The notes beneath the pieces were generated by a model. It saw nothing but the letters and a program-made list of their open reading frames with translations, did no database searches and had not been told where the DNA came from. This document shows positions 1-14,522 of a stretch of 64,000 nucleotides of DNA, one piece after another. Numbering within the stretch: position 1 is the stretch's first letter; every line of letters begins with the position of its first letter. The DNA is from Lingula anatina. Its lineage: Eukaryota; Animalia; Brachiopoda. The stretch lies in NCBI GenBank assembly GCA_051362555.1, contig CM120640.1, positions 21,762,001 to 21,826,000 of the forward strand, given 5' to 3'. Position numbers and translations under genes: made by a program.

Positions 1-57
1 GTTTGAAGTGTATTATTTACTTGATGAATCTTTAGATTAATTCTATTATCTTTACAG

Positions 58-868
58 AAACGGAGAAAATATATGTCCCGAAGTCATGCTGTGCTCGGAA
101 CTATGATGGGACTTACGCAAATCTTGACTACTGTCAGAAGCCATCTGGTTCTATGCCACCTAAAACTAAACTAGGGTCTACAAACTTATTCTTGTATTAC
201 GATGTAAGTATGACGTGTTATAGTTGTATTAGTGTTGTGTGTGTGCTGTCTCTCAGAACCTTTTTATATTTCTGACAAAATTTTTGGTATATAATGCAGA
301 GCAGGATTAGTACTGAGCCAATAGAATTATATTAGCTTAATCATTCAAAACAGTAAATTTTCAAGAATTCATTAGCAGTAAAGAAAATTGCCTTACATGT
401 CACCAGTACTGTTAAAACCAATTGGATGAATGTGTAATGTTTGTATTTTTTTCAGGGCTGCTTTACTAAAGGTTTTGAAATGGTATCAGCTCATGGATGG
501 GTCATCTTTTCTGTTGCATTTGTTATAGCTTTAGTAATGGTAAGACATCTTCATTATTGTAGAACTTTAAGCTTTAGTTGAATGTGGTTTGGCTTTACAG
601 TGAAGTTAATTGAAGTAAGACATGAAAGTGGTACTGGTTAAAGGATTAAGTAATGTTCATTTTAAGAGATGAGCATTAGGATGATGATGATGATGAAAAT
701 GTTATTTATCATGCACAACCTTTATCAGTTAATATGATGGTGATAAATGAAACACCACTATTGATCTGTTGTGGTAATTCAATTAGCTAACTAATGCTTA
801 CTTCATTATTTCAGATCTTAGGCATGATAGGATCCATATCTTTTGTGAGAATGTTAGACTGGGACTAG
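58..868 (+). CDS. Tetraspanin A, 3' part (gene starts before the window)
   Basis: Exons 58-203 (..VPKSCCARNYDGTYANLDYCQK..LYYD), 456-539 (GCFTKGFEMVSAHGWVIFSVAFVIALVM) and 815-868 (ILGMIGSISFVRMLDWD*). All have AG/GT boundaries in consistent phase. Shows the PxSCC and GC motifs of EC2, then TM4. Confidence 0.9.
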
Positions 869-3800
869 ATACATCAAGTGTCCATCATGTTGAACCTCAG
901 ACAGTGCTAACCTATGTACATACAATATACAGCTGTATATAAACCCACCTCCTGGAAAACGGCAGAGAATAAGTGTAGTATACAAAAGTGTTGTGTTTAA
1001 GTCAGCTACGATTTGTAATTCAACTGACCCAATTATCCTGTATAAAGGAAGAAAAATTAAGTTGTTTCACTGTTTACCCAAGGACAACTTGCCCTAGCTC
1101 CAAAGGTTTAGTGTGCATATACTACTTATGAATGTTTGTTTTGTAGGATCAGAGTTTAAAATGTAAAGATAGGAAGTGGAAGCAGTTGCTGAAAGCAAGG
1201 TCCTTGAATTTAATACTATCATAATTATTCTTGTCTGACTTAATAAAGGAGCTGACAATGAAATTGGAGGATGTAAATAGAAAGAATCTTGCAATGTGAA
1301 TATTTTTATACAGACCATGTATTTTAGCAAATTTATAACTTTTTAGATACAGAAAATGTATTTAAATATTGATAAAATGTTAATGAGTTCTTAGAAAACT
1401 TTTATTGATTCCATGATGCTTACTGAAAAAGTTTTAATCAAATTTGATTATGTCTTAGACTATTAAATCTCTCGTAACTCTTTGGGGACCAAGACCATGT
1501 GATACTATGTATCTCTAAAATTGTTTTTATTTCCACTTGCAACAGCAAAATGCACCTTTTCAAAACACTTGTAGAATTTGTTTTGCAAAGTTCTATGAAT
1601 ATGCATTCCAGAAAAAAATTCATTTGGGAAACTTGTTTTTATATTGAAAGAAATATTGTAAATATTTCTTCTACATATATTAGTGTGTATCATCTACATC
1701 TTTAACAACAATGCTAGTGTTTGAATTAGGTTGTAGCTTTTCTTACATTTTGTGAATTTATATAGAATTCTGTATGTAAGATTTTGTGCATAGCAACCTT
1801 TGCATTTAGCCTAGTTGAAATGCTTTTTAGTATGGATGTAATTGTTTATAACTATTTTAATGCCTTCTGTTGAGTACATTGTTAACTATACTAGTTTTTA
1901 TATACTGAGTATAATCTCCATTATCTCTAAAGAGGCATTTTAAAAGAAATTAAAGCCATTATGAACTGAATAAATGAACACTCATACTTAATATCAGTCT
2001 TCAGTTTTACTTTTTCCTTAAACTGTTTTAATGACAATTTCTCAGTGATGTATCAGATAACATTGGAATGAAGCCAATGTATTTGAATAGGTTTTATATA
2101 TTATACAGTATGAATTACATTGCTCCCTTCCATTGAAGTGTAGAGATTCAGTGTTAATATGGTATAAGTAAATCTTTTGAATAGTCAACAAAGTTTTTGC
2201 TTAGAAACAGACGTATGAAACAAACGAACTTTGAAGGTGTATTTCTTTTGTTGCATATTATATTTACTGAAGTCATTTGGTAAATTTTGATAGTTGATTA
2301 TGTTAAGTCCACTCCCTCCTTAATGCTAATGAAGTCTTAATACTTTCTTAAATGTGTTATCACTAACCCTTACCAGGAAATAAGAAACTAAATGAGGGTT
2401 CTTGCATACCTGTGCATAATATCCCTGTTGCTGAATTAGCTACCCTGTGAAGAAGTACCAAGAAAAAATTTATTTGAATGACTTCCCATCATGAAACTGG
2501 GTATTAAAATCAATCATAAGATATTTTTGTCTCCTCAGTTAACTGTCAAAAGGGGACTATTTTGTTTGTATCAATAACTATAATAGACTGAAACAGGAGT
2601 TTCAATAAACTTGCATTCCACTTGTTTGAGAGTGCTTGGTTTTTGTACATCTAACAAATTAAGTCCCTAACTGGGCTCCATATTGCACTCGGGAACATTT
2701 GCATCAGTTTTAGGATTTTTTTTCCAAACATGGACTTTGTCCAAGCAAAATGATTAACCAGTGGATTTGTTATCCAAGAACAATGGGACTAAGAATACCT
2801 CTTATGGAATTGATGTCATGCTTCATGACATGGTTATGTTTACCAATTACTTGCAAACCAGTTTGATTGTTATCATATTCAATAGTATTGTATTTTTCAA
2901 TTAAAACTGATTTATGTTATCAAACTGGTTTCAAAAATTTATTTTGAAAATCAAGAATGAAGGAAATGCAAAATGGTCACTATGGAACATGGCAACAGGT
3001 TAAGTAATTTTTATCTTTATTATTAAGATAGTCACCCTAAAATTTCAATTGTCATATCCTGAAAAAGACTTATTCATGTGACTATATTTACTGTATGCCT
3101 CTGTCATGTAACAGTATGCTAAGCTAAATAGTTCAGCATTACTTCCAGGCAACTTTTATGGATTATCTGTTGTACACATAACTTGCCATTATTGCTTTGA
3201 AAAGCTAGAGATTGTATAGACATTATAAAGATTTAGATGAGCTGTGTTTAACTTGAACATAGTCTAATCCATTTGCAATAGGCCTTTTTTACAGTATTTT
3301 ATATGAATTAATCAATCTGAAGAAACCTGCTGAATTCTTCACCTGTGGCTTGCTAATTTCCAAAAATAAATCATTTGTCTTACAAATGATGACCCTGTTT
3401 AACGTTTTTGGTTCTCGTCCCAGAACAGGTTTTTTTCTGTGGCACCCATGATAGGAAGTCTAGGGACACGTGACTCATCCCCAAGTTAATGACATACCAC
3501 AAGGATCCTGTCCTATCTCACCCTTGTAAATGTCATAGCACAGAGGAGAACCACACTCTTACGCATTTCACTGAATATAGAGGACAGATATAGGAATATC
3601 CTGTATAGTTGGTAAGTAAGACTGTTAAGCTTATCTCTGTCAGACATTTTCACTGTCTTTATTTTAAATACTAGGTTACAAAATAATTGAATAGTTGATT
3701 AGTACATCCAGTGTTCTGAGGTGATGCCCAACTACATGTTTAACTTATATATTGTAATAGCTAGTCTTTCTGTTCAGATAGAACAGAACAACTCTGATAT

Positions 3801-5277
3801 GGATAATTGGGTTCAATTTCACCATTTAAAAAAAATGGATTACAGATCACTTGGTTATTTCATAGTGTCCATGATAGATATGCATTTATTACAACATAAA
3901 GGGATGGGGTGTTGGCTGGCATAACTGCTGACCCACACTTATAAAAATGTAAATTTATTATTATTTCATCACACAGTAACATTATTATTTAATTGATAAA
4001 TATCTTCTTTTATGTTGATGATCAGAAATACCCTTGTACTTAGTGACTTTCACAAAAGTAGATTCATGGTTGTTAATTAATTACCGTTGCTGGGTCTAAC
4101 TAGGCCACTAACCAACATTGTCCCTGCCCAATTCTTGTCAGGTCTGATTGATTTGACAACTGTGACTGGCACAAGTTTGTCCCATGACTTCTCCATCTTT
4201 TTCCATAATATCTTAGGATAAACAATGCAACAACAGCTGATTTTTATAATAATAATAATAATAATTGTTGTTGTTGTTATTCTCCATGTTTTTAAGTTTT
4301 CCGTACATGTGGTGTGCACTTTTCACATTCATGTTTTATGCAACTCAGTGGTTCTCCTGAGCTTTAACCTAGATGCCAAGGGATGCATGGAAATGTGATG
4401 AAGTTTTTCCATATACATCTATGGTGTAATTAGTTGCTAGGCAACTTGGTGAAATGTCTGCAAATATGACTTTAATGTTATGGAAAATACCTGCTAGAAG
4501 CAGTGTTTGTCATTAGCTTGACAAGGAGAGGCTAACATGTTGTTGAAGTCCTGGCAACATTGGCCTGGATGACTTTATTGTTTTGTCATAATTTTTAACA
4601 TACTAAATTTTCATCTCTGAGAAAAGCATTGGATATATTACAAAAAGAATCAACAGGACAGATTCATATTAAAATATGTAAAGTGGATAGCATTCAAATG
4701 AGACATACTTTGAAGTTAAATAATATGGGTGTTTGGAGAGTGGCATCTATAGCTCATGATCAGAGGGCACAAAAAGGAGATGTCCTTTTCAGAATTTCAG
4801 AATTTAAGATGATTAAATGTTTGGCTTCATAATTTATAACTCTTCACATAGTGTACTTCAGTAAAATGAAAATCAAATATGAGGACTTTGGAGTGACTTT
4901 TTTTATCCCATAAGAAAGCATAAGGGATTAAAGGTGGCACTTGTGATGCTTTTTTTTTTTTTTTTTTTTTTTGATTTAATGAATTGTGGGTGGATTTTTA
5001 AAAAAACTGCAGTGTTAGAGGTTGAAATAAATGCAAAACCACTCGTACTGGTACTGGCATCTAGGGATCAAATAAAGCAATTTTTTTTCTTTTTTTGTAT
5101 AGAAACATGTGAATTTTTTATTTACTAAGTCTTTATAATATTTTGATACTTATAAGAAACAATAACAACTAGAACAATAAAGGAAGCCATGCCATTGATC
5201 AAGAATAATGGAAGAACATGGCATCTTGTTTCAGAATACAAAGTACTGAAAAGGATTTGTAGACACAGATATTCAAC

Positions 5278-8196
5278 ATGGGTAGCTTAACTGGATGTGG
5301 AAGATGTTTGAAGTATGCCATGTTCACCTTTAACTTCATATTTTTGGTAAGTCTCAAATTTTGCATTTCTGATAGATGATATTAAAATATTCTAAAGTGA
5401 ATAATATCTTTACATTACTGTTAAAACTTTAATCTTCTAAACAATGGTCACTTTCTTTGAAAAAGATTACAGCAAGTTATTTTAAAGATAAAATCCCTGC
5501 TTTGAATTGATTTTGTCAAACATTTTTTTAAAATGTTAGGTAAAACTATTCTAAATGAGAATAGAAGTTATGGACATTTGTCTTTTTTTTTCAGCTTTGT
5601 GGACTTGCCCTTCTGGGTCTTGGTATATGGGTAGCAGTGGATGATGATGCCTCCACCAAACTCAAAGGTTCTGGCTTAGATGTTAGTGGCTTTATCACTG
5701 AGGCTGCTACCTACAAGATTGCTGGCTATGTTCTTATTGCTGTGGGATCTGTGATTGTAATCATTGCCTTTATGGGCTGCTGTGGAGCAGTCAAGGAATT
5801 CAGATGTATGCTTATTACAGTAAGTAAAATTGCTATATCAGGCCATGTTAGAACAGTCATAGGTTGAATATTGATATAATTTATTAATGCTATCCTATGA
5901 GAGGTTGAACTTGAGTTTTCCTTGAGCTATGAAGTAAATAGTAATTAAGTAAATATTGTAGTCTGAAGTTATAGAGAAAAATTTCAGCCAAGATGTTACT
6001 ATTGATTGCAAACGCAGTATTTTAGGTATATATGTCCATTGCTAGATTGTACTTATATGTCAATATGCTTTATGATCTCTCTTGGTTTAATTTTTCAGTT
6101 CTTCATCTTAATGTTGATTGTCTTACTGGCACTGATTGCAGCTGCAGTGTTGGCCTTTGCATTTACAGAGGCAGTAAGTGTATATTAAGAGTGTCAAATT
6201 GTTTTATTTGTGACAATTGTTTGGTTGTCAGATTCAATTTTGTGTAAATGGCCATTTTGTTCAGTTTGATTAAATGTAGAAAGTATATTTTAGAAAAAGT
6301 TGTTTAACATGGCATTTCAATGGGCTCCTAAATGCAAGGAAATAAGGTCTCTCAAGAAAATAATTGATACTGGAGTAAGAATGAATTAAATGTTTTAAAA
6401 CATGAAAGCCTGAAATATGATTGATTATTTGTCTTGCATAAAGTATCTTCACAGACTGTATTGCATACATGTTTTTTCTTCAGCTGCAAACACCTATAAA
6501 AGCAAGCATGACAAATTCACTGATACATGAATATGGTGAAAAAGACAAAAATGAAACCACACGATTATGGGATAATATGCAGACTAAGGTACCTCAAAAC
6601 TGAAAACATAGATTTTTAAAAATTCATTTTCCAGTTATGTCAAGTTCAGTTACTGTGCCATCTGTTTTTGAAAAGATTTTATTACAAAATAGCCATCTAA
6701 ACTACCCATACTATTTCTTTAAAGATGTCAAGGACCATGTACTATAAGAAACAAATTGGGCCTCGGTGAACAGTGGAAATATTCTATTTTTTAGTACAAG
6801 TGCTGTGCTGTTACAGACAAAGCAGCAATAGAGCAATATAGGGTTACCAACTGGTACAACAAAACACGAAGTAAGTTTCATGCACCATTATACATACAGT
6901 GCAAAAAAGAATTAATCACTTCAGTGTAAAGTTTCTAGTGTTTGTTCAAAGAATAAAAGGAAATAACTGCCATTTTACATACACTTATGTAAAGTATCAT
7001 TTTTATGAAAATATCTCACTCAAAGATATTTTCACTAATATGGTAATGTATCAAACTATTTAAATAGTGCAATCTGTTTGATCAAGTTCATAATTTTTTA
7101 TTATTTATTATTTCTTGGTCCAAATACTATAGGAAACATTAATCTGTGATATATTTTTTTCAATCATTTCAACTTTGTCTAGAGAGCCATTTCACTCAAA
7201 GATATTTACATTATAACCAAGTGGTATACTTTTTCAATTCATAATGCGATTTCTTATATTCAAATATACAAAGTTATTTTGTTGGTATTCTTTTCATTGT
7301 ACTGTTGATTATTTATTTATTTATTTATTTTTTAGGTGCTGTTCGGGAAAATGTTCCCAAAAGCTGCTGTAAACAGGGAAGTGTTTCATGTAATCCATAC
7401 GAAAATGTGAGTAATCAATTCAGGGAAGTCTTACATGCATTACACGTGAAAGATTGAGTAATAAATGGTTATAAAAAGGTAATTAAAACATCTTATTATG
7501 CATACTGAGCCATGTATGTCACTGGGTGTGTGAAGTGTGTACAGTCTTCTAATGGATGTTTCAAATTTTAATAGTTGAAAGATTATACTTTTTTCTTTTG
7601 TTTTATTATTCATTTGTATTGATAATTCTGTGAATTTTAAAACATTACATTGACAAGAGTTTTTTCATCTTTTCAAAAATGCTTTTATATAAAATTGCAA
7701 TCTTCATGTTTTAGGGATGTTTTGATGAAGTATGGAGAGTGCTTTTGCAGTCATTTGATGAACAAAGAATTCCACTATTTGCTGTTGGGATTGCTACACT
7801 AGTGTTGATTGTAAGTACATATGAAGCATGTGTATACTGTATTTAATGTATACATAGTACCACATTGGTTCCAGAATCAGGAAATATATATGTAAAAAGG
7901 CCCCAAGACACGATTTTGGCATGTTTAATTAAATTTTTGTGAAAAAGAACAATAAACAACAATTCATGACCATTTCTTATTGGATCTTTCCGGTTTTACT
8001 TGAATTTTAAACAATTCAGTTTTTGCTGTACATTTGTCTTGAACAAATAAAATAAAAACTTTAAGTAATTTGAGGCTTGAAAGTAGGCAGTGATTTATGA
8101 CATTTTCTTTTTATTATTGTCATTCAACAGGTCATTGGTATGGTCATAGCAATGGCTCTCACATGTATGATTGAGAGAAAAGATTATGCTGTTTAA
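5278..8196 (+). CDS. Tetraspanin B (about 260 aa, 8 coding exons)
   Basis: Exons 5278-5346 (MGSLTGCGRCLKYAMFTFNFIFL), 5595-5819 (..FMGCCGAVKEFRCML), 6099-6173, 6484-6588, 6795-6870 (YKCCAV), 7336-7406 (VPKSCC), 7715-7810 (GCF..) and 8131-8196 (..RKDYAV*). Canonical splice sites, open frame, four hydrophobic segments. Confidence 0.92.
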
Positions 8197-8372
8197 AGGT
8201 TTTGCTACACCTGGTTTGCATAAGGATTCAAGTAAGCACATTTCACTTGGAGCTTAAAAAAGGATGTTCAACATCTATTAGTGTCATAAGTTTTTGGTAT
8301 AAGAAATTGTACTTATCATGTTCTGCTCCTTTCACTTTTGAATAGTTCTTGCATGTCTGTGTACAGCTTTAA

Positions 8373-8626
8373 GGGGCACACCATAAGATTTTCTTGCCAA
8401 AATCAAATGTTAGAGGTTCTCCCCACACTTCTGAAAAAGCCCCACAGTTACATGCATGTCCTATGAAGCTTTTTATATTTTCCAGTTCATACTCCAAAGA
8501 CAATAAAACCCTTTAAATAAAAGTTGCACACAAGTGCAAGAACAGGTCAAGCAATAGTTTATAAGAGAAAATTACTATTTACCCCAGGACAATTCATTTT
8601 GGTGGAAAAATCCCATGGTGTGTTCC
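8373..8626. mobile_element. MITE with imperfect TIRs and a TTAA-like target (Kolobok/piggyBac-type), in the 3' UTR region of tetraspanin B
   Basis: Left end TTAA|GGGGCACACCATAAGATTTTCTTGCCAAAAT; right end ATTTTGGTGGAAAAATCCCATGGTGTGTTCC|TTGA, an imperfect reverse complement of the left. Confidence 0.6.
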
Positions 8627-9097
8627 TTGATACACCTTTCTTTGAAACTATATATATATATATATATACATGTAATATATATATTACATGTATATAAATA
8701 TTTTGAAATAACTTAAGAAAGCAATATTTTGGATTATATTTTCTGATATACCCATTATAAGATATTTTAGCAACACATCAATGTTTGGAATATTTTGTGC
8801 CATTTTTACGATGTAAAATATTTGAGAACGCTTTTGAGTATTCTGGAAAGCTTGTGCCATACTAGCTGTTTGTAGCTGCTAAATGTGCATATAAAGCTAT
8901 ATTTAATTGTTTTGCATTTTTGAAGAAAAATCATTGTGCAATTTTATCATGCAAATCCTTGCCTTTTTTGTCTCCTAGCTTACACCCAGGTATGAATAGA
9001 CAAGAAATTATCAAAGCTCATTTAGTAAACTACATGGAGATTTAATACTCGGATTTAAGTTTTATGTATGGTGACACAGAAATAGTCTTGAATTTAT

Positions 9098-9136
9098 CAA
9101 GGAGTTATAAAGAGACCTTCTCTTTATAACTTCTTG
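9098..9136. repeat. 18-bp-stem hairpin/palindrome
   Basis: CAAGGAGTTATAAAGAGA-CCT-TCTCTTTATAACTTCTTG (one G-T pair). Confidence 0.8.
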
Positions 9137-12100
9137 GATTTATATATTTTATATAATATAAGGATAAGCTTGATTTAACTAACCATTGTATAGTTTTCTA
9201 TCAGATGGAGTTTGAATAAATGTAGCAGTATCTTATTTAGAGCATCATAAATTGCAGTTTTGTCTCTACTTTATATCATATTTAGATGAAGGAGGTGGAT
9301 TGTTGATAAGAATGTTTTATTAAAGTGTTTACATTTTGTTACATTTTCCCCATTATTGACCATTTACATGTATGACTACTACTATCTTAATTCCTATCCC
9401 TTCAAAGCCCTTAGAACAGCGGTTATTTCTAGAATTAATGTAACTAGTATGTATTTGAAGGATGTCTTAAATATCATCTTTCTCTTGTAATGCTTCTTAT
9501 GTTCCCAATACCTTAAAATGATTAACCCCACAAATATCTGAAGCATACTTGATGCTGATATTTCCTTCTAAGCCTTAGAATTAACCTCGTAAGGCACAAA
9601 CCATGGCAATTTGTGGCTTCATGTGAGGAGAAAAATATCTATATGGTGCATGATACAAGGCTACAATTTAAAAACTCTAAAGCCATTTTCGTGTTATGAA
9701 GTGAAAACAAGATCATTTCGGATACTTTGCAGAATCTCGTGACTGTCAGGAAAGTAGATATTAGGGGTAATGTTGACAGGTAATTTTTTTTTCTCAAGGA
9801 ATTTTTTTCTCAAGGAAAATTTGATTTGTTATAGAAATACTGGATAGGATGCCTTTAATCATAGAATTGGTATAACATTTACTGCCATTTTGCTATTATG
9901 AACCTGTTTAATTGTTTGTAATATTGCTTCATTATTATAAAACCAGTGTAAATCTTAAATAAATTTTTTGTTTGCTTTCCATTTATAGTTTAATCTTCTT
10001 GTTTTAAGCAAAGCACTAGTCTTGTGTCTAAAAGTTACACTGAAATAATGAGGTAAAAAGATTTGAAAGCAATTTAGATTAATAACTCGTATTTATTGCA
10101 GTTTGTCAGTTTTGAGGTTAACATTATTGTGGATGTAGTTTCAAATTAGTAAAATAACAGCATAATAAAGTGCCATAAAATTTTGATGTAGATATTATAA
10201 TCTCAGATATGAAGACTTTGTTTAACTGTCATGTTTAGTTTTGTTTTTATATCCTTTGTATGAATATTGGAAGGCCATATAAAAGAATAAGAGTAGTAAA
10301 ATCGTTTATATAAAGATATTCATTGCTTTGTGTATATCAACAGTTATTAAAATGTGATATAAAGTTGTACTGTCAAACAAAATAATTCCATGATTTCTTC
10401 ACATTTTGTTTTCAAATTGATGGTGTTTGCTTTGCATATGTTAACTAATTTTAACTACATGTCACTGTAGTAACCTTGCATTATTTATATAGTTGTGTTT
10501 TGTCAGTTGTCATCATTACAACCTCGCTATGGTGGGCTTCCTCATTTTGTTTGAATGAAGATTTATTGGCCAGAAACGTTTTTATGTTTCTGCAGACATT
10601 TACTGGTTCAAAATTTTTATAGTAATTGTTATCAGAAGAATAAGAATAAAAGCTTCAATGCTGATAAACAAAAATGTCATATAAGTTTAAATCTAGATCA
10701 AGAACAATCTGAGTGATAATAAAGGTTCAGATTTATGCCATGCTTTTGTAATTTTCATTTGATTAAATTGGTGATAAGAATGAATTCAGAATTGTGTCCA
10801 TATTTTGACATCCAAACAAAACAAAACAAAAAAATTAGAATAAATGTAGATAATATTCAACACAAGTTTTTCTTGTTGTTTGGCTAAAGGATTCACTTTG
10901 AATGTTGTTGCAATATAATTTCTTCTCAAGGGACAACTCTAGTTTTCCTTTCAATAGCATTATTTCAGATTCAGTAACTGAAGTTATTATTGTTCATTGT
11001 CATTTATTTCATGTTGGACTTAAAGGAATTACTTTAACTAAAACCGCTTAATTCTACAATTTTAAAGAAATAGTATTTTACATATTTATTAATTAATTAA
11101 TATTAAAAATATTTTTGCCAATTCACTCCAGATACAATGAGCATCATGTAAGACCCAGATTATGTGCAAAATTGAAAAACCATTGTTAATCTAGATGAAT
11201 CTTAATTTTGATTTCGATAACAATATAACTCTACAGTTATTCACATGCTATGTGCAGCAAGTCAATCAATAGTGCACAGCATGTACTGTCGCCAGGGTAT
11301 AGGTGAGTTCCCACACCTTAGAGACCTGCTGCTGAGTTAAATACTGCACTTAATTCAACTGACACCAACTATTGTCATCCTCAGGATCACTTCATAGGTC
11401 ATCATACATGTGAACAGAGGTAAGTACTATACATTTTTGATAACTTGGTTCATTTTCTTTATCTTTCTTTGTAGTTGTAGATTATCATTGACTTCTCCAT
11501 TATAACTAGCATTTAAATACATTGAAAAAAAACTATAGTTCTGTGTAAGGCAAATTTTCTCTCTCTCTCTTTAGCAGTACAATCAGCTCTGTTGCAGTAT
11601 ATGAATAAAAATTTATATGACATTAAGGTATGTATGTCTTCTATGATATATGTAACGGCACTCCACCCCTTTTCCTCCTATAATTATATCCATATTTCAA
11701 ACAGTAATAACATACTCCTTGTCATCCATTGATAGATCTTTCCAAGGTTGATGTAGAGTCATGTGTTTCCTGTCTTTTATATTGGATATATATATGTACA
11801 ACACTAAGCCCTGAGGTGATCAATACACTAGGGCGTGGAGTTATTTCAGGTTAAAAGCCCTATAGACTGCTTGTTTTGAAAATCCTCATTACGTGGCTGG
11901 GGGCTTGAAAGTGGCTGCACTCAACTGGACTTGGGTATTGTTAGTGGTTATTTTCTTTGTGTGCAGCCAGTCTTCTACTGGCCCAGCCCTTCTCCACTGA
12001 ACAACAGCTACTGTTGGTCTTCAGGTAGACATTTTGAAATACAGGCTTGCAGAGAGGGAGTCGTCTGGGTAATTAATACTCTATTTGGACTAAATATTCA

Positions 12101-14522
12101 ATTAAGAAGTTAAAAATTAGTTGCGGACTTAATTTAATTTGAACTAGACTTGGAATGTACTTTGAACAATTATTTAGATCGTTTCTTCAACTGTGTAGAA
12201 GTGCACAATGCTGGTTAAGATGCTATCGATGTGAAACAGAAAAGTCAACTTTCTGCAGTGGATTTGTGAAAATAATCTTTACTTTAAAAGCCAGAGTTTT
12301 GAACATGAATTTAAAGTTGTAACAAAGTTTTATTCCATATTAGGAAGGGACATGGAAGTGCTCAAGGAGTTGATTTATGAATTTACAGGTTTCAGTTTTA
12401 TTTTCATGTTGTTTGGTTCTTATCTTTTAAAGAGTACAAAATTTAATCTCTGTGTTTTCTTAAATCCATAGTATACTTTAATTTATTTTCAGTTTAACTT
12501 ACAGGGAAAATAACATAAGGAGAATTAGACAATTTTTCAGGTAGGTTTACTTCACCTATAGATGTGATGTATATTTACATAAGAAGTGTTGTTAGAGAGT
12601 TGGTTAATCAACCTTTGGATAACCTGAAATTGATTTTCATTGTTCTTATACCCTTCTCTATGTGCTATGAAATATTAATTAGTATGTGTTTACTTTGTTT
12701 CTCTTCAAATTTTCCTCACTCCCTACATGTAAAAAATACTCAATACCAATCAAGGTCCCACATATATCCAAAGCTTAAGATCATCTTTTATATAGATCTA
12801 CCTGCTTTTAACTTTTGGCTACAGGTTAAGAAGGTGTTATATTACACTGTCTGCACATGAATATATAATTGTTGGTCACAGTGATGAACTAAATTGAATT
12901 TTTTCAGTAGTCTTTGATTGGTATGCTGTTGCTTAAGTAAGTGGAAAATCTATATGATCACCTGTGCAGAAACATACAGAGGTATATGTAAGTGCTTGCT
13001 GCATGGTTGCAAAAGAATGTACTATCAAAATGTCATTTGACAGATGTCTTTCAAACTTAGTGTGGATTAAGCCTTGGCCTGCAGGGTTTCATCTAGGATT
13101 ACCCTCCTGTTTTGGATCTTAAATTTCCTGTCATAGTTAAAGTTTGGACAGTCTCTTAAAGACAGCATCTAGTTTTTTTATCTTGATTAGTCTAAACAGA
13201 CCAAGGAGTTTGGAAACATGTTGTTAATCTGACATTATTGCTCCCATGACATATCATATGCCACAACTAATCAATCCAATAGATTGTAATTATGCCTATG
13301 TTGTAGTGATTATGACAATGGTCAATATTGTCTGCCATTTCTCTGGCACATTTATTTTTAGTTAAAAATTGCGTTGAACATAAGACTGGCAAAAGTAACA
13401 GGCAACAGGAGTATTTTCCCCATAGAAATTTTTTAGATACCTGAGGAATCTATTATGTCAGTGTTAGGTACTGATGTCTTGGGCACTTGGATGTCATTAA
13501 TGTAGGTCTGTATGTATGATATTACCAAGGCTTAAATTGATAGCATTAAAAAAAACCTCCAATCTCTTTCATTTGTCATGTAGCAACGATTCATATAAAC
13601 TGGACAGCTGTTCTGTATGTAATACTTGTTTGGATTAATCTTTTCATGGGTTTCTTTAAAAGTCAAGTTACTGTTTAATATTTAAATCCAGTATTATACA
13701 GCATGAATTGCTTTTGTGGAAATGTTGTATGCCATATTCAAAGAGGCACAGTACAGTCTCACCTGAACTTAATCTTTCTATAATGACCTGCCTCACAGAT
13801 GCATTGAATTAAAGTAGTAGTCCAAAGAAATATAGTTGTCCACATTTAAAGACACATGGACCAAAATGCTCCATAAAATGGATTTTGGTAAACTGAGTTA
13901 GGTGCTTTTTCTATGATATCCATCAATTTCACTTTTTTGTTGTTCAATCCTTTGTGGGCCCTACATATATCACAGTGTATTTTCTAGATCAATAAATTTA
14001 TTTAGGGTTAAATACAAATAAATTCTGTCTAATGCCATTATGAATCTGTGACTAAAATTTCCATCTTTTACAACTTAATAAGTTTTATTTACTAAAAATT
14101 TTTTTTAAAAATGTTTTAAACTTTGTATATCTAAGTTCTCCTTTTGCTAATCAAACATTATAAAACATGCTTTCTTTTCATGAAAAAAGTCCCCTTTGCT
14201 GGTTGTAAAGGCAACTTGCTGTGAGCTGTGGTCTAGGGTTGTTTAAAAATACATTTTTATGCAAGGTTCTGGTTTAAAGTGATTTCCTATGTTGATTTGA
14301 AAAGGAAAGAAATATGCTCATTATATTACCTGTGGGTCTTTGTTCATCACTACAACATTTGTGGTCTCCATTTACCCCCCGAGTGATGTTGAAATGGCCA
14401 GTGTTTCATATTAGTTAGTGTTTTCAAGAAATTTTGCCATTTGGCCACTTTCTTTGGAAAAATATCTCCATGCCTTTGTTTTTCAGAATCCCCATTTGGA
14501 TATATTTAAGAAAAAGGAAAAG

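Noticed and set aside
11651-12323. Possible solo LTR (starts TGTAAC, GC-richer interior, ends near GTAACA)
   Set aside because: No target-site duplication or second LTR found, so the boundaries cannot be supported.
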